64,000 nt of DNA. Origin: Octopus sinensis. Taxonomy: Eukaryota. The DNA lies in NCBI RefSeq assembly GCF_006345805.1, contig NC_043013.1, positions 15,004,001 to 15,068,000 of the forward strand, in the 5' to 3' direction. How positions within the stretch are numbered: the first letter of the stretch is position 1; each line of letters begins with the position of its first letter. The notes under the pieces are model-generated. The model did not search any database and was not told the DNA's origin. It saw only the letters and a program-made list of their open reading frames with translations. The position numbers were made by a program, and so were the translations under genes. Shown piece after piece: positions 11,701-25,000 of this stretch.

Positions 11701-14700
11701 GAAAAATTGAGGAAAAGCCCATAAAAATATTTTGTAGAGTAGCTCAGTTTAATGACAGTTGTTAGTAAAATAAAAATTGGTAAATTTTACAAATGGAGTA
11801 AATTGTAAGGAGTATCTTGTGGGAGTACTGAGTAAGAGGGACTACATTAAGAGAGTACTATATAAGAGTTATACTATCAGAGTCATCATCATCATCGTTT
11901 AACATCTGTTTTCCATGCTGGCAAGGATTGGATGGGTTGACAGGAGTTGGCCAAACTCCCATTGTCTGTTTTGGCATGGTTTCTACAGCTGGATGCCACT
12001 TTACAGAGTGTGCTGGGTGCTTTTTACATGCCACCAGCACAAGTGCTTTTATGCAGCACAAGTGCAATTTTAAGTGGCACCACCACGAGGGCATTTTACA
12101 CATCTTTTACAGACAAGATATAAATATATAAAAATATACACACTTTTTATACAATATAAATATATAAACAGTATATACATACCTTTTACACACAATATAT
12201 AAATATATAAAAATATACACACTTTTTATACAATATAAATATATAAACAGTATATACATACCTTTTACACACAATATATAAATATATAAAAATATACACA
12301 CTTTTTATACAATATATATATATAAACAGTATATACATACCTTTTACACAATATATAAATATATAAAAATATACACACTTTTTATACAATATAAATATAT
12401 AAACAGTATATACACACCTTTTACACACAATATATAAATATATAAAAATATACACACTTTTTATACAATATAAATATATAATCAGTATATACATACCTTT
12501 TCCACACAATATAATATATACATAAACATTATATACAACTTTTAATATATAAAGAGAGAATACACACCTCTTACACACAAAATAAGGCATCGAAAACTTG
12601 ATGAACTTTGTTTTGTCATCTGGTGATTTACAACTGAAATTAGATTTTAAACAGATTTTATATACAAATATACATACATACACACACAAACATCATCAAG
12701 ACAGTAGGCTGCCTGCCAAGTATCTCAATTAGAGAGAAACAATATACAGCAGACACATATGTAGATGTACAAATCTATATATATATATGAGCAAAACGCC
12801 CAAATCCAAACTTCTCTGCTAGGTCTTCAACAGTTATGATGGGATTTTGTTCCACCAGGGTTTGCAGGAAATCCTTGTTGAACTCTACAGATCTCCAGGA
12901 CAAGGCTTGTCTTCTAGGCCCATAGTAACCAATAATGTGTTGTTTATATACAAGCCCCTCGATTTTAACTAAAAACCTCAACCTTCATGGAATTACTGAC
13001 CAACACCATATCCTCCGGAAAAAGACAAGTTGTGAACATTATTCTCCTGCCTGTATTCTTCTAACTACTTGTACTCTTTTTTATTCTATTTTACTACTTT
13101 ATTCTTCTATTTTATTCCTTATAAACTGAATTTTATTCCTTGTCAACTGTAAATTTTGCCCATCTAAAATATTCATACTTTGTCTCTGATGATGGAATAC
13201 CCATGCAGGGACATGCTAACCAACCACTTTGGTTATCCCAGAAACAGCTGTAAGACTTCAAATTCATATATTACACACATGTCTGTATATTGTGCATGTG
13301 TGTGTATAAGAAACTGGTAAATCACTTAATGCTACTTAATGTTTGATGCAATCATTCAAGTGACATTTACAGAGGTCTTTTAGGTAAAAAGAAAAATAAC
13401 ACATACGCTGCATCTGAGAGAATCACTTCATCAAACAAGAGAAAGGTCAAGATTTTGGTGACCTCATATTTTAAGGATTCCTCTTGGTCATGTAGCAAAG
13501 CAACTGAAAAACAAAAAGGACCTACATTAATTGTCAAAGCAAAATAGAGAGTGAGAGAGCAAAGTAGTGGAGGGAGAGGTAGAAAGTAAATTGTAACCTT
13601 TTCTTAATGCAGGGACAGGATCACAAACCTTGTTCATTGCATCAATTTCTGTACACAATTAGCATTTATTTTATTAATCTCAGTATGATGAAAAGTCCAT
13701 CTTAGCAGGATTTAAACTCAGAATTCAAGGAAGGGTGATGAAACAAAATATTGATTTCTAGCATAGGTCCAGAAGCAAACATTTTAGTGGTCAAGTATAG
13801 TTGGTATGTCAACCTCAGTATATAACTGTAAATTTATTTCATCAATCTCCTACGTCCAGAAGAGAGAAAGGTAAAGTTGATACTCAGTTGGGTGATATAA
13901 CCAAGTATCAAAAATAAATTCATTATCATTGGGAACAAATTGAACACATTTAAGGAACAGCTGTAGTTCAATTTATTATGGTAGGGGACAAACCTAACCT
14001 TTCAGGGATAACAGTAGCCCCACATTTTCTGGTAGGGAACAAACCTAACACATTTAAGAGACAGCTGTAGTCCTACATATTATGGTAGGGAACAAGCTTA
14101 ACATTTAAGGAACAGATGTAACCCTACACATCATGGTAAAGGATAAATCTAACATTCAAAGGAAGTTGTAGCTCTACATACTATCCTAGGGGACAAACCT
14201 AACACATTTAGGAGACAGGTATAGCTCTACAAATGGTAAGGGACAGACCTAACAAACTGAAGGGGCCGCTGAAGCCCTACATGATATATCATAATACATA
14301 TAATAGAGGGACAACTTCAGCACAAACAACTAAAGCATTCTTTTGCAAGACTGCAAACAAATATCACCATTTGTATTTACTTTTGCTATTTAGTTCTTGT
14401 TTTGAATCAATATCAAAATGCAAATTTAGTCTTTGATTAAATCTAAACCAATTACGAACTTTGTCTTGGTGCAAGGATGGCGTCAATAAATTAAGTAGCA
14501 GTCCAGGGTGGGAGATTAGTATGAGATGACATACAGCATCTGTTCTAGTCCCTTCGCATTCTAAATTTGAATTCCACCTCAGTGCTGACAGTCAAAGCTA
14601 GTCACCTGACCATGAGAACACTGCATTCAACCCACAGTTAGCAGGCATGTAGGCCTATAACCAGAATAGATAAGCTTGCAGCAGCATGCTATGGCTTTCA

Positions 14701-17700
14701 TCCAGTAGTGTAGATTGACATCTGAATGGCATGGCAATCAATGATCAATATAGTAGGAAAAGAAAGAGATGGAATCAAAAGAGAACTGACCTCGTAACAA
14801 GCTGTAGTATAATTCTTCTTTGTCCTTCAGTCGATGTCTTTCAGTACTGTTGTATTGTAGGATCACAGACAGAATATTCACGCAACAAGGAAGAAAGATG
14901 GTGTAGTTAATGAGTCTCTGCTAGAGGGGAAAGAAATTACAAAACAAACACAAAAAATTAATGAAAAATTAACAAAAAATATTACAAAGTGGAGAGATTC
15001 AAACGAGAGATTTTTAATGAAACATGAAGCTGTAAATTTTTTAACAAAAGTAGAGTTGTCAACTGAATCAGCCCTAGTTCAAAACTGATGTTTATTTTTC
15101 TGAACACCTGCTCCCATTCCATCCACTTAGGGGAGATGGACAAAAGGGAAAAAATGGAACACTGTCTCTTTATAACGAAGTTTAAAGGTGGTACCCCATT
15201 ATGGTCCCAGGTGGGGTAGCTAAAAGGAAACTCTTTTAAGGTTATAGAATTGGTCAGAACTCAGGGATATAACTAAACAGTCATTTTAGGACTCCCTGTT
15301 TTTGAGGGGGTTAGGGACAAGGTGCAATTAATGTGGGTGGTTTGAGGGAAGACAAGGATACAAACCAGAAACCTGGTCCAAATGCTCGCAACAGAGTGAA
15401 CTCTAATGATATCTAATGATCCTGTGGTGATGTTAAACCAGGCAACGAGGTAACTTTGCCATCTAAGAATACATACAACCCTCCAATAGACTTTCATACA
15501 ACTTCCTATGTATCTTTTCTTTTTTTTACATAGTAGCACATGGGTGTGTATGTGAGAGAGACAGAGAGAGAAAGAGAGATAATGATACAACCAAACATAT
15601 GCTGTGTCACATTTTATCACACATAGTAACATGTAGAGGGGGAGTGAGAGAGAGAAAGGTAGGAGGGAGAAAGATAATGATTCCAGAAGACATATGCTGG
15701 CAGTAGAGGAGTGTAATTCATACTTAAATCTGGTATAAAATCAAACTCTGTTCAGATCTGATTCCATTTCTGATACAGGAAGAAAATCCTAGTATTTAAG
15801 TTGCAGTTTTAATGAACAACACAATAATAAGGAGGCCAAAAATAAGAAGCCCAGAAATTTTGTAGCAGAAGGGAGCAGTTGGTTGTGTTGACCCTAGCAT
15901 TTTATTTTATCAACTTTGGAAGGATAAAAAGCAATGCTTAGCTACTAAATGGGTTGTTACTCAGAGCACACTTCATACAGGCCCTGCTGATGGAACTTCC
16001 ATGATTGTAAAGTTTGCTTTGTAGGGGCAATGCCTACACCCAACTCCTTTGGACCTAGAGATTTCTAGAAATTATCCACAGTTTCCAGGCTGAAAGCCCT
16101 TTATATATAAGAAGAAAAAAAAACAATAATAATAATTCTTTTTTTCAAGGGGCACAAGGCCAGTAAGTTTAGAAGAGAGGGTAAATCAATTACACCAACC
16201 CCAAGAGGATGAGAGGTGAAGGTGACTTTGGTAGAATTTGAACTCAAGAACAGAGGCGGACAAAATACCACTGAGCATTTTCTCTAGTGTGCTAAAGATT
16301 CTGCCAGTTCACCACCTTAATAATAACAATAACCTTTTCTACTAAAGGCAGAGGGCCTGAAATTTGGGAGGAGAAGCTAAGTTGATTACATTAATCCCAG
16401 TGCTCAACTGATAGTTGGTTTATCAACCCCAAAAAGGATTCAAGGCAAAGTTGACCTTGATGGAAGGAATCTGAACTCAGGATGTAAAGACAGATGAAAT
16501 GCTGCTAAGCATTTAGTCCAAAATGCTAACAATTCTACCAGCTCACTGCCTTCAATATAATAATAATCATCATCATCATCATTGTTCGATCGTGGTCGAG
16601 ACAATGGAATTTACTGTGTTACACCAGAGTTCACGGTCCATCATAGCATTACGGAGGTCCTGTTGCTGGATGCCTGTATCCCTGGAGATTACATCAGGGT
16701 AGGAGAGTGTGCGCCCTCTGGTATCGCGAGCAGATGGCTTCCAGAGGAGAAGAGCAGAAATTACCTCGTTTTCAGCTCTACAACAATGTCCAACAAACTG
16801 GACTCTTCTACCTTTCACAAGAGATGATACAGGTGGCAATTTCCCATATATTTGTACTTTGGTTGGATGACGCTTCCACGAGAGATTTTGAGCTCTCATA
16901 AGGAGGCGAGTGTAAGTTCCATCCAACCGCCTCTTAAGCTTCTTTGATAACGTCCAGGTTTCTGAGCCATATAGTAGAATTGGTTTGAAATAATAATAAT
17001 AATAATGATTTCAAATTTTAACACAGGGTCAACAGTTTTTAAACGTGGGGGAAGTGGATTACATTGACCCTAGTACTTGTCTGGTAACATAAAGAGGGAT
17101 GAAATGTTGCAAAGCATTTTGTCCTCCAGCTTGCTGCCCTGATAATAATAATGATGATAATAAAGTTTACCTCAGATGAAGCTTGTTCTTTTAAAACACT
17201 TTTATGGATATAGAACAAAATTTCTTCGATGCCACCAAGTTCTTTGAAGATGTTATGAAGATTGTGATCTGGAGAGTAATAATGAACAAAGAATGTGAAA
17301 AGCAGAGGTGAAAGACATTTTGACAGAAACTGACATTACAAACAAGATGGTACGTGAGGGAAGAATAAGTAGTTTGACAGGCTGATTTTGTAGTGGATCT
17401 AATGACTTATGTCTTCACATCATTAGCAGGTTTGTATAATGTTTGGGGATGCTCACACTGCTAGAAATAGCAGTCAAAGCTCTCTCAACTCCCACTGTAT
17501 GATTATAAAAAAGATGGAGTGTGAAATTTGAAAATGTAATTATAGATACAGCAGCCAACTGGCTTCCGTGCCGGTGGCACGTAAAAGGGCAGCATTTGAG
17601 CATGATCGTTACCAACGTCGCCTTACTGGCACCTGTGCCGGTGGCATGTGTAAAAAGATTCGAGTGAGGGCATTGCCAGTACTGCCTGACTGGCCCCCGT

Positions 17701-20700
17701 GCCAGTGGCACGTAAAAAGCACCCACTACACTCTTGGAGTGGTTGGTGTTAGGAAGGGAATCCAGCAGTAGAAACTCTGCCAGATCAAGATTGGGGCCTG
17801 TTGCAGCCATCTGGTTCGCCAACCCTCAGACAAAATCGTCCAACCCATGCCAGCATGGAAAGCGGACGTTAAACGATGATGATGATGATGTTGGGAAAAA
17901 AAACAAAAATAATGACCAGATGGTCACAGCCAGAACACCTTTAATTAAAAGGTGGGTGGAATTTGAAAGAAGTTAGTCATGTGTGCATATGTGTGTACAT
18001 GCATGTATGCATGTTACTGTCTCCTTGTCTTGACATAACGTAATAGTTTAACAAGCATGATCACCATACAAGCGGTGTCCGTTTCTAATATTCCATGGAA
18101 ACATGTCTGGCAATGGGCAAAATATTGTTATCCTTGGAAACAGGTGAGGGTTGGTGACAAGGAAGAGCATCCAGCTATAGAAAAACCTGCCTCAACAAAT
18201 TCCATTTCACATGTGAAAGCATGGAGAAAAGTGGATGTTATGATGATGATGATGACAAAAGACTTAAAAAATAGATTGAAGAAGACATATAATACTTTTT
18301 ATGCAGAGATTCCCAGGGACATGGCATGTATTTCAAAGATTCCTCAATAATAAAAAGATTCAGAATAATGAATTAACCTAAGAATTTAGAAAAATAATTT
18401 CGACTATTAAGATGGTGTTAGGTTTCAATTTAAACCTTTAGCATTCGGATTACTATGTGAAATGTAATGCTTCTTTATTCACATTGTTTTAAATTAAATT
18501 ATGCATTAACTCCATAGCTTTGAGACTTCAGAGATGTGATTGTTTATTTTTAAAATGGCATTGTAGTGTAGGTGTGAGAGGCCAGATCTAGCTGGTTTGA
18601 ACATAAAACAGGTAGAATATTTGGACTGGATATGGCTTGTTTAAATACTAAAGGGTTAGATCCTTTTAAAGCAAGAAGCTTCTATCATGGAACCAGAGGT
18701 AATCTCAGGCAGGTTGGTTTCAAAAGAATAAAAAATCTCACACACAGATATGTAACTAGAGAATAGTTTCACTTTAACAAAATTTATAACTACAACATGA
18801 TGGTGTTGATGAAAAGAATATGAAAATGGTACAAAGTAGATGCTTAATTTAATCTGAGAAAAATTATGTAAACTTACCAAGTAACATAATAGCAAGCTGT
18901 TCGAGAGCTGACTTCTTCATTTCTTCATCAAGTGTCTTGGAACAGAATATGTTATACACTTTGGTTACATCATCAGCCTAGAAACATAGACATGCATACG
19001 TTTTATATATATCTTATATCTTTTGTTTCAAAGCAGGTAGACAGGCAGGTAGCCATAAATGGGGGAAGGGTGTAATGTCAGTCGATCAGGATGAGAATTA
19101 ACCCGGATGAAATGCAATTCAGTTTTGTAGCTGGGAGGAATATTACTGACGCTCTCTTCCTAGAGAATTGACAACAGAGAAATACTTAGCCAAGAGTAAG
19201 CTGCTATACTTGATATTTGTTGACTGAGAGAGGGCCAGTGGCAAGGTACCCTGAAGTGTGATTTGATGGTTGCTGAAGAAACTAAGATAGGCTTGTAAGA
19301 GCAAAACAAGCTATGTATAGAGGTAATGTACAAAGAGAGAGTAAGCAATGAGTTCAACAATGAATTGAGTATTAAAGTAGGGATTCATCACGGGTCTCTC
19401 CTCAAAGCACTCCTGTTATAGTCCTCCAAATTATAATAGAGGAGTTTAAGGTCAGGTACCCATGGGAACTCCTATGTGTTAATGATCTAGCATTTACAGC
19501 TGAATCAGCAGTTGGTGTATAAAAGAAATTTCAAATGTGGAAATGAAACCTAGAATTGAAGGGCCTCAATGTTTACTGAGTGAAGATTCAAGTATTAGTA
19601 AGTAGTAGAGAAAAAAAGGACCCTGCTATCATCTAAGAAATGGCCATGTTCAGTAAGAAATACCCATGCAGAAAAGAAGTAGACAAGAATTCCATATGGT
19701 GTACATAGGTAATTTAATTAGCAGTGGATGTTCTGAATCAATCTTTGCTAATTAGTAGGTAGAGTAAGAATGGGTTGGAAAATGTTCAGGGGACTATTAC
19801 CACATCCGGCAGAGGCAGTAAAGGGTAGAATTGTATGATATTTGTATAGGAAAAGAGAGGACATGCCAAGGAAAGCACAAACTGAGTAAAAGCTGAAACA
19901 AGGTAGAGAAAACTTCTTCATACTTCTGTCTAAACCATTTTCCAAAATAATAATTATTGATTTCTAAGATGGAGACAAAGGCACAATTTTACTTTTGGGA
20001 GGTGATGAGGACAGAATAATCAGTTAAAAGTTTAAGTTGGTTTTACCATGATTGAAACTCAGAACAAAGACTAAACATTATAAGTGTTAGTTTGGTGATC
20101 TATTGATTCTGCTAGTCTACCACCCTAACATAGAATCACAGAAATACATAAAGTTAACTTACATTAAAGACTGAGGTTTCTTGTTCCAACTCCAACTCCA
20201 ACAGCTGTAAACATGGCATGGAGAAGAAGTCTGGTAACTCAGGTATCTTGAGGTCATTCACCTGGGGTAGCTTCAACTCCTGCTCCTTCTCATGACAGAT
20301 GAACCACAGCAGGTGTGTCACAGCCTCACAACGAACTCTGAAATAAACAAGTACAAATCACAATCACGACAAAATTAAAAAAGGAGAGGAACCTATACAT
20401 GATCATCTGACCAGCTAGAAATAGTAGTCAAATCTCTCTCAAATCATATCAACATCATCGTTTTCTATCCTTTACTTTTCCATGCTTGCATGGGTCAGAT
20501 CTAATTTGTTGAGGCAGATTTTCCACAGCCAAATGTCCTTCCTGTCACCAACCATCACTTGTGTCCAAGCAAGGTAATAATTTCCTTTAGCCAGACATGT
20601 TTTTCAGAGATTGGCAATGGTGATGCTCATTACAACAATCATCACATGATGTCAAGACAAGGATACATACAAACACACACACATATATGATGGGCTTCTT

Positions 20701-22034
20701 TCATTTTCCCTTTTGCTAATTCACGCACAACGCTTTCAAGGCCCAGCACTACAAAAGCAGATACTTGCTCCAGGTGCTATGCAGTAGGACTGTACATGAC
20801 TGGATAGAGCTGAAATAATAATTCTCAGGGAGATGTATCAAACCAAGGAATGTAGTAAACTTACTTGCTGTTAGGTGAGAACATAAGTCTTAAAACTCCT
20901 CGGAACTTCTCACAGCGAGGTAAGGATGTTGGTCCACTTTCTTTATTAGGTTCCACCATCCCAAGAATGCAATATCCGAGAGGGGTTTCAGTCTCAGCAT
21001 ATGACTACAAATGAAAACAAAACAGCTCCATGTTAACCAGTTATAACATAATTCTATTGAATGTAGATGTGCATGCATGTGTGTGTATGTAGACAAATTT
21101 TTGTCCACATGTGCATCTAGTGGTAGCAGTGGCAGCAAGCTGGCTGGATCGTTAGCATGCCGGGCGAAATGCGTAGCCATATTTCGTCTGCTGTTACGTT
21201 CTCAGTTCAAATTCTGCCAAGGTCGACTTTGCCTTTCATCCTTTCGGGGTCGATTAAATAAGTACCAGTTACACACTGGGGTCGATACAATCGACTTAAT
21301 CCGTTTGTCTGTCCTCTCTGTGTTTAGCCCCTTGTGGGTAGTAAAGAAATAGGTAGCAGTGGTAGCAAGAGTAACAGATGTATCAAGTTACAAAATATAG
21401 TAAAGCAATATTTACCTGTAACAAAGGCAAAGATTTGGCCAAAGCAGCGATGAATTCTTGCCAAATATCACCATCTACAAGAAGCTGAGCTTGTAGCAAA
21501 TACAAGAGGATGTCAGCAGCTAGTTGAGAGATCTAAAATGAATATATATATTTGTCACAATATATGGATTTAAGAAATCCAGTATCAATTCAAAATAAAC
21601 AATTAAGTTACACCATCTAGAAAATTACATATAATAGAAATATTAAAATTAAAATAACAATAATATTTTACTTAATTTACTTAATCATCGGCATATTATT
21701 CATCATCATCATCATCGTTTAGCGTCCGCTTTCCATGCTAGCATGGGTTGGACGGTTCAACTGGGGTCTGGGAAGCCAGAAGGCTGCACCAGGCCCAGTC
21801 TGATCTGGCAATGTTTCTACGGCTGGATGCCCTTCCTAACGCAACCACTCCGTGAGTGTAGTGGGTGCTTTTTATGTGCCACTAGCACAGGTGCCAGACG
21901 AGGCTGGCAAACGGCCACGATCGGATGGTGCTTTTTACGTGCCACCGTAATTTTAATATTTCTATTATATGTAATTTTCTAGATGGTGTAACTTAATTGT
22001 TCATTTTGAATTGATAAAAGGTGTTTTTTTTCTA

Positions 22035-22083
<49 letters not shown>

Positions 22084-25000
22084 TATATATGCACATACAC
22101 ACACATGCATATATATGTGTGTGTGTATATGATATATAATGGGAAAGGAAAAAAAAAACAAAAATAATCCGTATAATCAAGGGTATAAATACCTTTTTAT
22201 CCGTGTCTGCCATTCCAAAGAAAATAATTTCATGCAGAACTATTGGATTAATTAAAAATTTAATTCCCAACTGTAATGATGATGATGTGTGAGCTGCAAT
22301 TTCGTTAATATTTAAATATTCCTGTAAAATGAAACAGAAAACGTATCTTATGGTTTCAGTAATTAGTAAGATTTTAATTAATTATGTTTCTTTAGAAAAA
22401 TGTCTGATTGTCACTTCTGTTTTTGTCATTGTTGTTGTTCATGTTGTGTTGGTCAGTATTGGATCTATAGATTACATGGTTGTGTGTGTGTGCGCACGCG
22501 CGTAGGTAACCACTGATCGTCAAGGTGTCAGAACCGAGGACATGCTAATTAGGTGTTTAATGTGCTGCAATGCAGTTTCATATTCCTTGGCGGATGATGA
22601 TTACTAGAAATTTATTTAAGGTGGCAAGCTGGCAGAATCGTTACAGCAGTAAAAAAAATGCTTAGCACCATTTCTTCCAATCCTACATTCTGAGTTCAAA
22701 TATTGCTGGGGTCGACTTTACCTTTCATCCTTTCAAGGTTGATGAAGTTAGTTGAGTACTAGGTACAATGTAACTGACTTACGCCCTCCTCTGAAATTGC
22801 TGGCCTTGTGCAAAATTTGAAATCAATTATCTGAGTGTGTACAAGTTTACCCATAATTCTAACCAGTATTCCAGATGCCATGAGTCAATCTGCTCTGAGA
22901 TGGCATCATACAATGCCTTAAATTGACTGTGCACAAGAGATAGCAAGGTAGTGAGGGCATGAAGCTAGATGCATATTGTAGTAGCAAGGACATGTGGACA
23001 ACCAAAAATGGTTGTCTACCAAGGCAGTGAGCTGGCAGAAATGTTAGCATGCTGGGCAAAATGCTTAGTGGTATTTCGTCTGCCGCTACGTCCTGAGTTC
23101 AAATTCTGCCGAGGTCGACTTTGCCTTTCATCCTTTCGGGGTTAATTAAATAAGTACCAGTTACGCACTGGGATCGATATAATCGACTTAATCCGTTTAT
23201 CTGTCCTTGTTTGTTCCCTCTGTGTGTAGCCTCTTGTAGGCAGTGAAGAAATAAGAGACGGTTGTCTACCATCCAAGATCATATATTGTCATAAAGATAA
23301 TACATGATCTTGGATGGTAGACAACAACAACCACCACCTCCTCCTACTTTTTCTGGTCCTTAGGTGCCTTTAGCTGGGTCCAGTGTTAAGAAATGTTCAG
23401 GCCATGACTTTAGTCTGTCATCTTCCTCTGATCAATCCCACATGTCCCAAGAAAGAGGTCAAGGATGCTGACCTGTCACCTGTGATTTAGAAATATTTCA
23501 AAAATTGCTTTTATCTTTGGATGTCCCTTTTTATTACAAACTACTCAACTGTGAATTAAGGACTAATTTACTTTTGTTTGTCAGTCGAATATATCAGAAG
23601 TCACAACATAATGACTGTTTACATCTAAACACATAACTATGGAGTTAGTAGTCTAGTATCTTAAACATACAGCTATTGTATTTATAACAAGGTTTGAACA
23701 CAAAACCATGGAGTCAGTGGTTCAGTACCTTTACCACACAGCTATATAGTACCACCATCTATAGTAAGGTTTGAGCACACGACCATGGAATCAGTGGTTC
23801 AGTACCTTTACCACACAACTATCATGTCTATAGTAAGGTTTGAACACATGACCATCCAGTATATTACCTTCATAGCTATTAGATCTAAGGTAAGCTATGT
23901 GACCAGTAGACTATCCTCTTCACTTCACAGCCAGGCATTATATCAGATATACAAACACTTACTTTCACAAGCTTCAGAGTATATTCATATGATATTTCCT
24001 TCACCCGTGTTTTGGAATGAGCCAGTAATTTCACAAAAATCTCAAAGACTTGTGTTTCCTCTTTCAAGCGACAAACATCCAAAGTTCGGCAACTGAATAT
24101 CAAAATAAAGATAAATACAAACATGCAATAACAAGCACAGATAATTAATTAATTATTCTAACACTGTACAAGGTTCATTCAAGCAGGGAGGGGATTCCGA
24201 TTCATTATTTCTCAACCATTTTTACCCTCACTCCATTTGGATTTTATAAAATAGATATCACCACCATGGACAAAATATGTGTGTGTGTGTATATATATGT
24301 GTGTATGTAAGTATAGATAGATGTGTGTGTGTATATAAATACACACACACAAAAAAGGACAGACTTTAGACAGGATGTCCCTCACACAGACATACAGACC
24401 CAACTCTGAAATATATCGTGCTTTTTAACACAAACATATTCTGTTGTGTCTGAGGAGAGTCATTTTCTTTTTGTGCCTTATAATATAACACACTCACCAG
24501 TAAAATTTCCACTTATTTCTTTTTTATTTTCCTAAAATTTTCTTTGCATCTTGCAACCTTTTCAATAGTTTTGAGAGTCAAAATTATTGAAAAGGCTGCA
24601 AGACGCAACGAAAATTGTAGAAAAATAAAAATAAGAAAAAAGTGGAAATTTTACCGGTGAGTGTGTTAAATAATAAGGCACAAAAAGAAAATGACTCTCC
24701 CCAGACACAACAGAATATGCTTCAACACACAAACTCATATAAAGAATCTTGCAAACCAAATCCAAAAACGAAATAACACAAACATCTTTAAAGAGATTTT
24801 TTCCCAGACAAAAACACTACAGCTTCTGGCATTTAAACAACACAAGTACGTGATATTAGCAATGTTTATATTACAGAAGCTGTTTCTAGTGCATAATTTG
24901 AATATATTTGACTTGTAAAATGCCATTGCAAATCAGTAAACAGTTTATACACAATCTGTGTGTATTTCAGACTCACAATTCATTCAGAATTGAGGTGAGA

